Shown: positions 13,131-26,601 of the stretch, piece by piece
Layout: each line of letters opens with the position of its first letter
Numbering within the stretch: the stretch's first letter is position 1
Source of the DNA: Ruditapes philippinarum
Taxonomy: Eukaryota
Direction of reading: 5' to 3'
Assembly: GCF_026571515.1 (NCBI RefSeq)
Contig: NW_026865121.1
Span: forward strand, 1 to 59,202
Length of the DNA stretch: 59,202 nt
The notes under the pieces: model-generated
What the model saw: the letters and a program-made list of their open reading frames with translations, nothing else
Told to the model about the DNA's origin: nothing
Database searches by the model: none
Program-made: the position numbers and the translations under genes

Positions 13131-14391
13131 TCGTTGCAACCATATGCATATGATTCATTGCAAAATATGCAGCATCATTCTCAATGTTAAATATTAAACA
13201 GTTCAAAGCGACCAGAGTAATGATTCAAATAATTGCATCAAGAAAACCAGACAACAGAATAAATAAGATAAAGGCGTCCTTATCGAACGTGTAACGAAAC
13301 AAAACGCAAAAAGATAATAATTTCACAATCAATAAAAAGTAATAAACGGTAATAAGATCAATATACCGTTTAATTGAATTATAGACAATTGACAGACAAT
13401 TGTTTCTGGAGTATTGTAATACTTGGTTACGATGCTACTCTACGGTATAGTTTCATAACATAATGAAAAATCGTGCTTCATGATGTAGGCAATTTGAAAA
13501 CAGAATGAAATTTCTTCAGAAAATATAAAAAGTCTTTTCTTACAGCGTACTCGGACAGTCAGATATATTTTCTATCTTAGAATGTTCACAATTCAAGAAT
13601 ATCTGTCTCAAAAATATTAATTTTTCCACATGCTATGACATTCAAAAGTCACATTTGAATTTGTTAAATATGTCATGTACTTTAATAAAAAAGATATTTG
13701 TCACATCATTTTACTGTCTGTGTGATATATGCTTTAAGAAATTATGGTTATAAAATAATCTTACACATAAATTATTTGTCAAATGGGAGTTATAAAATAT
13801 GCATAATTCTAAATTCTACAAAGCCACATCACGAAATTAACTAACAGAAAAATATGTTTCAGATCCTCCCGAAGTATTGAAATACAAAATCAAACAACAG
13901 AACATGTTTAAACAAATCATTTCTTATTGATCACCAAATATAGGGTAAATGCTCGGGCACTTTATGATATAATAAAAGGAATCTTAAATTTACATTTAAT
14001 CATGAAAAGATTTATTCAAAAATAACCATTAAAAGTGACTTTGCATAAATGAAAACTTTAAATAATTTTCTCCCTATATTTGTCTTTACTGCCTATTTAT
14101 GTCAACTCGAATCTGATGAGAACTAATTTCTTGTTAAAGTGCATACTATATAAGTTCAGGCAGGCATGGTGGTTATTACATTCAAGTGCACGCTGTAGAA
14201 CAATCATGTATTCTTATCTGTTATCTCAAACTTTACATTTCAATTTCCTACTTTAAATCTACACGTATATAAATGTTTTTTTAAAGTATCCAAGTTTGGA
14301 AAGAAGGATTTTGCAAATTCAGATGACATTATTATTTTTATTTCTTATCAAGATATTTCCTTTCTTGACAAATTGAATCGCAGAATATTTA

Positions 14392-16322
14392 AACACGACA
14401 TGTTATTTAAATTACAGTAATAAAAGCACAACATGTAATTGTAAAAACACGACATGTTATTACAGTTGTAGAAGAAAAAACACGACATGTTATTAATGTT
14501 GTAGTAGTAAAGACACGACATGTTATTAAAATTGTAGTAGTAAAGACACGACACGTTCTTAATGTTGTAGTAGTAAAGACACGACATGTTATTAACGTTT
14601 TAGAAGAAAAAACACGACATGTTATTGAAGTTTTAGAAGAAAAACACGACATGTTATTAATATTGTAGTAGAAAAGACACGACATGTTATTAAAGTTTTA
14701 GAAGAAAAAACACGGCATGTTATTACAGTTGCAGAAGAAAAAAAAACGACATGTTATTAAAGTTTTAGAAGAAAAAACACGACATGTTATTAAAGTTTTA
14801 GAAGAAAAAACACGGCATGTTATTACAGTTGTAGAAGAAAAGACACGACATGTTATTGACGTTTTAGAAGAAAAAACACGGCATGTTATTAACGTTTTAG
14901 AAGAAAAAACACGACATGTTATTAAAGTTTTAGAAGAAAAAACACGACATGTTATTAATGTTGTAGTAGAAAAGACACGAAACGTTATTAAAGTTGTAGT
15001 AGTAAAGACACGACATGTTATAAAAGTTGTAGTAGTAAAGACACGGCATGTTATTAATGGGGTAGTAGTAAAGACACGACATTTTATTAAAGTTGTAGTA
15101 GTAAGAACACGACACGTTATTAATGTTGTAGTAGTAAGAACACGACACGTTATAAATGTTGTAGTGGTAAAGACACGACATGTTATTAAAGTTGTAGTTG
15201 TAAAGACACGACACGTTATTAATGTTGTAGAAGTAAAGACACGACATGTTATTAATGTTGTAGTAGTAAAGACACGACATGTTATTAAAGTTGTAGTAGA
15301 AAAGACACGACATGTTATTAAAGTTGTAGTAGAAAAGACACGACATGTTATTAAAGTTGTAGTAGAAAAGACACGACATGTTATTAAAGTTGTAGTAGAA
15401 AAGACACGACATGTTATTAAAGTTGTAGTAGTAAAAGCACGACATGTTATTAAAGTTGTAGTAAAAGCACGACATGTTATTAAAGTTGTAGTAGAAAAGA
15501 CACGACATGTTATTAAAGCTGTAATTGTAAAAGCAGGATATGTTTTTTAAGTTGTAAAAGTAAAGACACGACATGTTATCAAAGTTGTAGTTGTAAAGAC
15601 ACGACATGCTATTAAAGTTGTAGGTGTAAAGACACGACAATCTTATTGAAATGTAGTTGTAGAGACACAACATGTTATGAAAGGTTTAGTAGTAAAAACA
15701 CGAAATGTTATTAAAGTTGTAGTAGTAAAGACACGACATGTTATTTAAATTGTAATAGAAAATACACGACATGCTATTTAAGTTGTAGTAGAAAATACAC
15801 GACATTTTATCTAAGGTGTAGTAGTAAAGACACGACATGTTATCAAAGTTGTAGTAGTAAAAGCACGACATGCTATTAAAGATGTAGTTGTAAAAGCACG
15901 ACATGTTATTAAAGTTGTAGTAGTAAATACACGACATGTTATTAAAGTTGTAGTTGTAAAGACACGACATGTTATGAAAGGTTAAGTAGTCAAAACACGA
16001 CATTTTATTAAAGTTGTAGTTGTAAAGACACGACATATTATGAAAGGTTAAGTAGTAAAAACACGACATGATATTAAAGTTGTAGTAGTAAAGACACGAC
16101 ATGTTATTAAAGTTGTAGTAGAAAATATACGACATGTTATTAAAGTTGTAGTACAAAATACACGACATGTTATTAAAGTTGTAGTACAAAATACACGACA
16201 TGTTATTAAAGTTGTAGTAGAAAATACACGACATGTTATTAAAGTTGTAGTAGAAAATATACGACATGTTATTAAAGTTGTAGTAGAAAATATACGACAT
16301 GTTATTAAAGTTGTAGTAAAAA
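14392..16322. repeat. 33-bp minisatellite (acacgacatgttattaaagttgtagtagtaaag) x ~58
   Basis: Continuous tandem array with local variant blocks; source of the KTRHVIKVVV ORFs. Confidence 0.97.
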
Positions 16323-18151
16323 TCGCATAAGTCAATTATTTGCTATATATATAAAATAATTAACCAAATATTATTTCGTTCATGAACACTGGTTTATTTT
16401 AACAAAGTAAGTACTTTTTAATGCTGTCTGGTTCAAAAAAACATCGTTTCTACATCCGTTGTAATACAGAGTATAAACGTAAAACATGTTTAAATTAAAA
16501 AACATTTATTAGCATGTTTTATGGCCAGCTTTCATATATCTATATATATTTAAGTATAGTCTATTAGTCTCATTTTAATACCATTTCATATTTCCTAATG
16601 TACATTCTATCCAATGAGTTCCACCAATGATAATATTGTAAATGTGCACATAATGTTTATCTGTGTCTGGACAGAACTATTTCGTTAACTGCCTCCTAAT
16701 AATGTGTACTAAGTTAAGAATCATGTTGTATATTAGAGTTGGCATTCTATGATAATATAAACGCATATTTATACCATTTTTGTCATTTTTGTAATTAAAT
16801 TATGATTTTCTTTTCTAATTGTAATTATATTAAATATAAACGTTTCACGTTAATATATTTATGTGTTTTATTTTATAAGCTTGCACTAATGGGGAAAAAA
16901 CATTAATAATTAGAAATTTGAAATTGAAATTATATATACATGTACATTTGTATATACAAAAATATGTTTATTTTCATAGATTGAAGGTAAAACTTTGGGT
17001 GTTTACACTTAAAATTTTAACAATTTTTTCATCGTTTTGTGAATGTTGAAAACCATAAAAAATATAGAGTGTACACAGTGAATATTATGGTAAAGGAACG
17101 TGACCCCCACCCAGAACAATGAAAACAAAACAAAATATTTGAAAATCGAATACTGTGATTAAATGAGTTTGAGTCATGAAAGATTATGCCTTTAGCACCG
17201 GCTTAAACGATATTCTATCATCATCACTAAAATTATTTAAAAATGAAAACATTGGATTTCATTAAATTACATTAAATTGTAAATTATTTCCGTATATAAC
17301 TGTTATTTTGAATAATTATTGATTCATTCTAAAACAATTTTGTTCCATACATGATCAATAATAAGAAAAAATGCATTATAACGCTCCTTAGAATTTCTAA
17401 CAGTGGAAAATGTTATTGACAGCAATGAAAATAAGACAAATAATATAAACGTCAGTGGCGTGCGTTGATTGAGCCTGTTCTTGATCCTTAATTATTCTAG
17501 CATCGGTTAATGCAGTGTTCACCAATCTTTTATGTTAGTATAAATGAATTTAATGAACAATGAAAATATATGGCAACATTGTGAATCAATTTTATAAAAC
17601 GACTTCATTGCGAATGTCATTGAACTTCTACACTAATAAAGTTATGAATTAGAAACAATAAATACCAGAATTTTAAAAGACAATTAATTAGCTTTAATAA
17701 AAAAATGTTTATAATTTCATATGATAAAGATGATAAATGTTCGATACACAAAAATGTATACATATATTGATAATACAAAGCCGTGTATAATCAACATGTT
17801 TGATTATTATATATATTATAAACTTTTCCAGTATCTCAATTAGCCAGAATGAAAGTTTTCGTCAACTTTAGTTTCATAAGAAAGTAGTTCCCAGAATAAC
17901 TTGATTACCCTCATTTATATTTGATCTTTCCCCGGCCAGTTAATTCAGCTTTTCATGTCTGATATTCAATACACTAATTTGGAGACGTTTTAAAATGTCT
18001 GTTTATAATGATGTTCATATAAACAATAATATAGAATATAAAACATACACTCAATACAATGCAATAAAAATCTTAACTGTTCTTCTAAACCTTCATACGT
18101 ATCGTATATGATCTAAATTTGATATTCTTAAAGTTAAATGTAAGCACGTAC

Positions 18152-18218
18152 CGTTTAATGTGATTAACAATAAATACAATCCAGTAACTGAGCATAACGT
18201 ATTCCCTAGATGATGCAT
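18152..18218 (-). CDS. Leader exon, family A (MHHLGNTLCSVTGLYLLLITLN-G|gtacgt)
   Basis: 67-nt ATG-to-donor CDS, phase 1, collinear without indels with four other intact copies. Confidence 0.8.
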
Positions 18219-19404
18219 GTTTATTTCAATCACCACTGCTGAATATTCCTCTCCTAGATTTTAGTCAATCATAGAGAAAAGCTTCCTATACAAGAAATAA
18301 CGAGATAGGAATAATTGTATTCCTCTAGATAAAATTGCCCAGAGTTTGGACAGCTGTTCCTATTAGAAGAGGTCACGTTTAAGAATAACATTAACTCTAT
18401 TGTATTGTGTTTAGAAGAAAGTTGCATAAAATAAAATGCCGAAATGCGTTGATGCATTTTTATAAAACTTTCTAAATACATTAACTTTTAAATCAACATG
18501 TGTTCATATTATATCCTCATATTGCAACTTTATACACTGCTTTTGACCTGGGCATATCTGGTATGTAAAGTATATTTAATGTTATATCTGATAATAAATA
18601 ATGAGCAAAATTGCTCGTGTCATAATTCAGCAACTAGTGCCATACATTAATTACGTGATCATTGTCAAATGTCGGTAAACATGTAGTCTTGCACAAAGTT
18701 TCCTAGTTTTACAGTAAGCATATTTGTTTGCATTAGTGACAATGCGAAGCATATTTGACATAAGAAAATATAGCCAAAAGTTGTGTACATGCTACTGTCA
18801 CTTTTAATTTTCACTTTACTTTTACAAACTATGTCGGACACGAAATCACCGGGGAATATAAAAAATCTATTTCAAAGAATAAACATGGAAACCCCTGATC
18901 AGGAAATTTGCTATAAACTCGGCAAAGTCCTAAGTGTCCCAATTTGTAAGTAAACATATCCTTGCAATTTTCTCATTTTAGTTTACAACGAAGATACAAA
19001 CTATGAATATCTAATGTAATACTACCGTATACAATGTGTATTTATAAATTCAGGGAGACGTCTTGCATTGTGAAGCCGAACAGACTGCTAATTAATAACA
19101 TCCCGAGACATATTTTAATATCAATACATTATCAATGTTACGGTCAGGTTATATCTAATACGTTGTTGTTGTCTTTTATACATCGCTTAAGGCATGATAA
19201 AACTTATCCATATAACCGAAAAATACAAAAATGTTTAAAGTTATCAGTTTATTAGTTGGTCAATCATATGTTGTTTCCCGTCGTTATATCTATGTGCGGT
19301 ATTGTGTGACTGAATATGTTTACTTTGCGTCAAATAACAAGTTAACTCAAATACTGCATATCCCTTGCCGCGTTGATTGTATTTTAACACATTAAAAAAA
19401 AAAT

Positions 19405-19472
19405 AAACGTGACGCCAGAAGGGATCGAACCCTGGTTCCTAAATTCGAAGAAAGTACCTTAATCTCTCGACA
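19405..19472 (-). mobile_element. Degenerate tRNA-like / SINE head relic
   Basis: Minus strand gattaaggtact...ccagggttcgatcccttctggcgtcac contains a B-box/T-arm-like motif; no complete cloverleaf. Confidence 0.4.
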
Positions 19473-20043
19473 CCCCGCCCCCCCCCACCATTAGACACGT
19501 AGAGTATTTAACATTGGTACAGACATTTACTTTCATCTCTGAATAATTATGATATAATTAAAACACCGAATAACTTTGTTGCATACGTCTCGATAAACTA
19601 AAACAGAGGCAACAACATATAATGCAGTTATTTGTATCTGTTTAATCAGATATTCACACATTTTACAAGAAAAATAACCTGACAAAATTCTTATTTAGTC
19701 GGGAGCCCGCAAGAATTGTTTCTTGAAATAGTGCTCTACCGATTGAGCTTTTGCGGAAATCAATATGTACTACAAATATTTTCAGTAAATCGCAAATTCA
19801 GTTTCACGGGTATCATTTCAATTACCTATGATCATTACAAAGGACGATTCCATCGCATGCTATTAAGAAATCTGGAAAAAAAACTTCTGTTTACTGTGAT
19901 ATTTATGTCACTTATTATAAGTGATTTGTGCTCATTTTATCTAAGACTAAGTCTATAACAGAAAATGTTCTTTTATTAGTACACGATAATTGTAAATAAA
20001 TGTATATCATCGATCTGAATCCATTGCAAATTTAAAATAGATA

Positions 20044-20179
20044 TTTGATGAAATATGAAACATGGCAAGGCAGTGTAATTTATTTAAAAAAAATGATAAC
20101 AAGATGTAACAATACAGTTCTTGTGTATTAAAGTATCATTATATGTTATGCTGTTTTATAGTAAACTTGTTAGCAAAAT
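20044..20179 (+). repeat. ~130-bp dispersed repeat (second copy at 32192-32308)
   Basis: tttgatgaaatatgaaacatggcaagg...gtaaacttgttagcaaaat is near-identical in both places apart from one internal indel. Confidence 0.9.
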
Positions 20180-21684
20180 AAACGAAGCAATAAAATAATA
20201 TTTTCTTACAAAAAAACGATAAATGTTGATAAGAGATAATACAATCATTCACCAATTGATCAGAAAATACAGGTGATGATAAAAAACGAAGTAAATATAT
20301 ATTTAACGAGGCACTTATAAAACAACTTACAAAAAAATAGCAAGGGTAACATAAAAAAAATATTTTAGATATTTACCATTCAGTTGCAAATCATTCAGTT
20401 AAGTCGAAGTTTGAATCAAAGGAGCTGTGATCTTTTTCCAAGATTTCTGAGCAAAGCATATCTGATATAGATAATTCTAAGGAAGAATCAAATTTAACCA
20501 ACTTTTTTTCCCCAACTTCTCAAATGTAATAAGTGCAGAAGAACTGCTTACGATATTTATCAATGTCATTAATAAACAAAAGCAAATTATCAAGTTAAAC
20601 CAAACGTTTATACGTGGAAGCAATTACTTTCCTGATAAACAAAACTGATAATTTCACAAGATCTATTGCTAACATTACAATTATATTAATTTTAGACACA
20701 AAACATAAACTTACAGGGACGATTGTTTAGAATATCAACTTTGAAGAATGATATCGCTGTTAAGTTATTATTATTTTAGTATGTCTCAGTCGAATTTCCT
20801 TAATCTTACAGCGAATATGTCTTTTAAAAATCTGGAAAAACATTTATCCCTCGGAAGCATTAATCACAACAATATTACATGATAATTGTATACTCCGTTT
20901 GATTTAGTCTGTACATGAGGGATAATGAAAAAGTGCAAAAACCCTCACGCTCCCTAGCACCGGCTTGAGCGGTACTCAATTTTCAACAATTAAAAGTGCT
21001 GGAATCAATGATCCTGAAGGACCAGAAAAATATAACAACACTGAAGTGAAGATTTTGTTATAGTTTTACAAGCATTAAAACATAAAATATTTACAATATT
21101 TATAACTCAAACAAAATCTGTTCATGGGTATTTCTGAGCATAGGATAGACTTTATATATTTTAACCTGATATATTCTATCGCGAATCACTTTACTAAATG
21201 AGTAATGCACAAAGAAAAGGAAGCAACTCATATTCATAAAATTATTCAGCTATATTTTGTTACGATGATGTTGATGTTGTTGTTATTGCTGTTGTTGTAT
21301 TTCCGAAGAAGTTTCTGAAATCATACGTTGTGGGTTTCCAATCTAATTTTGTTTGAATGTTGAACCCAATATAGCAAAACAAAATATGTTCAGAAATGAT
21401 ATGTTTAATGTAATTGAATCATAATTGATGTCAATTGAGAAATCTATCAGAATATTGATTGCTATTAAGGAGTGCCATAGAAATATATACATGTATTAAT
21501 GTCATCCAAAAATAGGAAATACTATTATCGCCGAAGATTTGCCACATAGGTAATTACCATAAATTAACATAGATAAACAATTGAAAATAAGATTTGCATA
21601 ACATATTCATACTGAAAGAAGCCACTTCAAAATATAATTGTTTAAAGAAAAGAAATAAGAGTTTTAATTAACTCATTAATTCAT

Positions 21685-21747
21685 CATTAAATCAATACAG
21701 ACATATAATCCAGTAACTGCACAAAATGTATTCCAAAGGTATTACAT
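21685..21747 (-). pseudogene. Pseudo-exon of leader family A (M*YLWNTFCAVTGLYV..., donor lost)
   Basis: ATG TAA TAC CTT TGG AAT ACA TTT TGT GCA GTT ACT GGA TTA TAT. CAA>TAA stop at codon 2, 4-nt deletion, and tttaatg followed by at instead of gt. Confidence 0.75.
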
Positions 21748-24700
21748 GTTTCGGATACTATTGATGCTGAAAATTACTGTGTCAATTGTAAATTGTAGAG
21801 AAATTCTATCTATATAACACTGTTAGAGTAATTGTTCTCGTCTGTTTTAGAAATCTATTTAATAATGTCAAAATACTTTACTGGTATTATAGAAAGCTAT
21901 GTTTTATTATTTATGTCGCCTTTGACTTATTTGATATTGATTTTTTAAGATAAATGATTTTCTTGAAGCTAGTTTTCAAATACAGACATGTGTATACCAT
22001 GTTGATCAATTGATTTTTTAAAAGTTTACAAGCTACATTTAAAAATGTCAAATAAAAATAATATAATATCGTATATAATTCCGTTGCTGCTATGAATGTT
22101 GCGTTAGTATAATGTTGAAAACAATCGTTTTGGCATTAGAATACTTAAGCTCCCTACAGCGAGTAAAACAACAATACTAGTTTCCGATTCAATTACGATA
22201 TTTTCCTATCATTTACATTGAAGCAAATAAAATGATAAGACTTCTATCAAAGGTATCAAAGTGACAGTACACAGTCTTAAACTAATTAAGTCACCATATA
22301 TTCAAAACATATCAATATAATTATGCCCTGTAGTTTAATGAAGCTATGTGAAAGTAACCCTGTATCTGTTTCGTTAACCACGATTTGCTCGTGGAAAAAA
22401 TAAATGTATTTTACATAAAGCCTTAAAAGCACGCCTTTTACTTGTTATGCATCATGTAAAATCAATACATGTGAAATTTATTTGAAAAATATATCTTCGA
22501 TATGTGCTTTTAGTAGAATTGTAATTACATTACGTTGTTGAATATGAAACACTATTTGAATTAATTAGAACTTCTAGGACTTCTGTTTTCTTATCTATTT
22601 AGAATTTAATTTACAAAAAGTCTAACCATTCATTCTACATTTAACAATATTCAGTGAACATGTCTCTACAGCTCAAAAACTATTTTGACTCGTGGAAAAC
22701 GTAACATAAACGCTAAGGTTCTGATTTAAAACAAATAGTCATTTCTCTCAAATCATTTCTACTAGAATTTTAACAGAAGATGTGGGCATTCTGCCGACCT
22801 AAATATGTGATGTAACCTTTGTTGTTGACAGAAAAGTTCCAGCCAATTATCTAATTGTCTTCTTATTCTGTTACAGAAAATAAATCCATAGCAATTACCT
22901 TACCATGATACAGAAAATAAATGACCTTGCATAAATAAACGAAAGAAGTATCAAGTTATTGTTCTATCAAAATAGGACAGAAAAGAAATATGTACTGTAT
23001 ACTCTCACCTTTACGTAGTTGATAAATTGATTATAAAGTTTTCAAAAGTACTTCAAAAATACTAATGTATTTTCAAGACATTTATGATTTAGGTGAACGC
23101 ATCTTTGTATGAGTATATTTCTAAAGTAAGCCTTTGCTGTTTCGATAAATGGATTCATTGTTTTTTGCAATTATAATATCCATAAGAAACTCCGACGGCT
23201 GTTTCTGTTAAATAAAGTCAACTACATATACATTACATAGTTTTTTTATATGTAATTTCTCACTATACAAAACATTATTGATGTTAATGAATAATTTCAG
23301 TTAGCAGACATTTTTACTGTTTATGAAAATATGTTTTAACCATATTAAGATAAACAAATTGCTGAAGGCGCAAAAAATCTATCTAAATTATGCATACGAA
23401 TTAAATCACATAAGTCATAAATAGCTCTTCTTATATAGGGATTTTAGAGAAAACAATAATACAGTCTAATAACGAGGTCTGTGTCAAATAGGAAGTTTCT
23501 TTATGCATTTAAACACAGAGATCGACGGCCAAATATACCGAAACAAAAAATACATGTTATTAGTGCTTGGTTTTATTCATTATTTTACATATCTTTTGTT
23601 GCATTGATTATATACAGCTGGACCAAAGGGACGTAGACTGTGGCACTCTCAGGAAACAACATTAAACAGGAGGAAAAAAATGTTGCTCACTTGATATAAT
23701 TAAATCTGTCCGTGAGAAGAAATGATACGTGAAAAAATAGTATAAAAGTCATTTTATTGTTTGTTTTGAAAGGATTTCACGTTTATCATTAGAAAAAGAA
23801 AGACAGGCATGAAATAATGTCACGGATGTTTTTTCTAGAAAAGGGGAGATCCTTCGGATGCAGCGAAAACAACAATATCAAATGAAAATTGCAGACTTGG
23901 TTTTATTGAGTCTGCTCAAAAGAGATATTGTAAAGTGCAACACATAACAACAAAACTAAAGTGAATACCCTTTTTTGTAATAAAACTTATATTTAGTTCT
24001 TGTTTAGATTACACAAATCTTACTATCAATCTTATCTGCTATTAAACATTAGTTGGTTTTCAAAACAGTGATTCTAATTATCTTAAACAGTGATAAAACA
24101 TTTTTGTTAGAAGACTTTGATAAAAGCCATTTTAAGATCAGTTTATCTTAGATTATTTGCAAGACAATCTAATCAAAACATTACTTTGATATAACTTGAA
24201 TATTTTCTTAAATTGACTGTTAAAAGATGACAGGATTTTGATTTTTACCAGAAAATGGATGATAATATAAAAGGGAGATTTTTTCGATGTTTATATTCAA
24301 TTAGGCAATTAGAATAAAACTAATAATGTTTATCCTGCAATTTTTAGACAATACAATTTCAATTCCTAAACATTCATTTAAATTGGTATTTGAAAAAGAA
24401 TTCTTTGTGAACTTCTTTGAAACTAATTGGTGTTTTACATCTATCAGAATAAAAACTACATTATGGAATTTATTTAAGCTTTTCTTCTCCATTTCAAAGT
24501 GTATCAAAGTGTTGGGCAAAGTAAAGGAGGAATCATTAAGACTGTAACATGATACAGCTGCAATTTGTTGTTGTTTTCAGAATTTTACAAAGTAACTTCT
24601 AAACTGATATCATGTGGATCTGTAACTTATTTGATTTTAGTGGTTAACTAAAAGTGTTATAGATTCCTTTATTAAAAGATATGTTATGCCATTTTCCGCA

Positions 24701-24955
24701 AACTGTCGCGAAAAAGAGTGCTTAAGAAATTAAAAAAACAACACATGATTTATCACTTATATCAATATGTATAACAAATAGGAAATAATCTCAGGCACAG
24801 ATATTTGTCAAGTATCGTATTTCCATAAATTATATAGTGATGCAGTTAAAACTTTAGATTGTTAATACTGGCACAATGATATGTCAATTGTATTTACAAA
24901 TACAAAAATTGAGTATTTTATCACTTTGAAAAATTAACAAAAACAAGACACTTAC

Positions 24956-25022
24956 CATTAAATGTAGTTAACAATAAATACAATCCAGTAATTGAACACA
25001 GCGTATTCCAAATGTATTGCAT
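24956..25022 (-). CDS. Leader exon, family A (MQYIWNTLCSITGLYLLLTTFN-G|gtaagt)
   Basis: 67-nt CDS, consensus phase-1 donor, hydrophobic core. Confidence 0.8.
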
Positions 25023-25420
25023 GACTAAGCTAGTACAGCCGCTGAAAATTACTCTATGTTATCAAAGTTAATCGTAGAGAAAAACTGCCTTTTTCTATGA
25101 TATAGAAATAATGTTTCCCATCTTTATAATACTCTCATAGAGACATGACTGTAAAATCCTGCCATTACACAACTAGCGAACGGAAAGCTTTATTTCATTT
25201 TCAAATAGTGATTTCCTACTGTAGCTTTTTAACTTATTTGGTATGAGAAATGGTAAACATGTGTGTTTATTCCGGGCAAGTTAGTTTTTAAATATAAAAT
25301 GTCAATTAGAAAGATGTATGACAATGTGATCATTGATTCTATGAAAATTGTGCAAGCTAGATTTACAGTACAAAATGTCAAATAAAGCATGACATGTTAT
25401 TCCGTTAATGCATTGAAATT
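25023..25420 (-). promoter_or_regulatory. Conserved upstream region (putative promoter/5'UTR) of family A leader exons
   Basis: Minus-strand tt(t/c)ctctaYRatt about 50-60 nt and tcag about 20 nt upstream of the ATG recur at 18218, 21747, 25022, 29035 and 58082. Further blocks (gatca(a)ttgatt, caagcta, aaaatgtcaaataaa, attccgtt) are shared with 21900-22090. Confidence 0.5.
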
Positions 25421-26601
25421 TGAGTGAATAGAATAACGGGAAAATCATTTGTAATTTATCATTTTATACATAAACATTTCACCGAATAGCGGACCTAAAA
25501 AAAAGCCTAAAACCTTCGTTGAAAAAAAAGATTGATAATGAAGCTCAAAGTTATTAAAGTGGTTAAAACAAAGATATCAAGTACTTGTAAAATATTATGT
25601 CATGCAATTAAGAAATGGAAATTATAAGTAATTAAATTATTGTCAACAAAACTTGTCAGAAAGATTATATGTGTGCCGTTTCATGGAGTTAAACATATGT
25701 ACAATCTAATATTAATTAAAATATAATTGTAGAATGTTTATGCAAATATGTAGTTTCTTAATACTCAAATCGAGGGCATATATCGGGTGGGACATTTATA
25801 CTTCTTCAAAACAAATAAACAATCAAAATAACAAACTTCTGTGATAAAATAATCACAAGATCAAATGTGTTTTCAAAAATCAAAGCATCTTAAGCAGCAC
25901 GCCTATTACAAATTTATGAAATTGTTATAAAATATGGAAAAAAATGTTTTCAAAAAGCAATATCAGTTGTGCTCATATCATGTTTAAAATATAAATTTTC
26001 TAAAAAGATTTTCATATTTTCTATCCGATTGATTTCTATTTTGAAAAAAAATGAGTGCTGAAATGTGCTGCTTTAGGTTTTGTTATAGATCGATTAAGCG
26101 GGAAGCGACAAGTTTATAGATACACTATTGAATTGTGCCGTATTCTGTGGATGTTTCTGAATCACCATGTTTAAATATTGAATTCTGCATAGGTCGGTGC
26201 TAGGTCATTTGTCGCTTTGGGCTTTCTTAAGGGATTCTATTTCACTCTATATTTAAGTTTCCCTTATTTGTTAGGGTTCATTTTTGTTTCTAGGAAAAGT
26301 TTCATAGAAAAGTATTAAATTTTTACACTGTAAAATTCTTATATAAGTCATCGATGAAAAATTTATTTCTTTACTAATTTGATAATTTTTTCTCACTGTT
26401 TATCGTTTACTGCAAATTTATATATCTTAATCGTGTTTATACATAGGGAGCAACAAATTTTAATTTCGGTCAACAATGACGGTAGGTTAAATTAACTGTC
26501 AAACAAAGGCAGTAAATGTCTGTTATGTTTTTGGTATATAAAAATGAGTAATTTCATATTTGACATACAGTTTACTTTAATGGTAGAGAACTACTCCGAA
26601 T

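Larger units (their letters stand above)
22580..26601 (+). repeat. 4.0-kb tandem segmental duplication, copy 1
   Basis: Highly similar end-to-end to 26602-30627; contains one leader exon with its upstream region. Confidence 0.95.

Noticed and set aside
14348-16335. Long ORFs (up to 277 aa) of KTRHVIKVVV / NNMSCLYYYN repeats
   Set aside because: The 33-bp unit is a multiple of 3, so frames are open on both strands; no unique flanking coding sequence.
16581-16650. Highly decayed family A-like leader (IG...NG|gt spacing)
   Set aside because: Three in-frame stops and low identity; cannot be distinguished from chance.
20377-20461. Minus-strand segment bounded by acceptor- and donor-like sites
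   Set aside because: Stops in all three frames.
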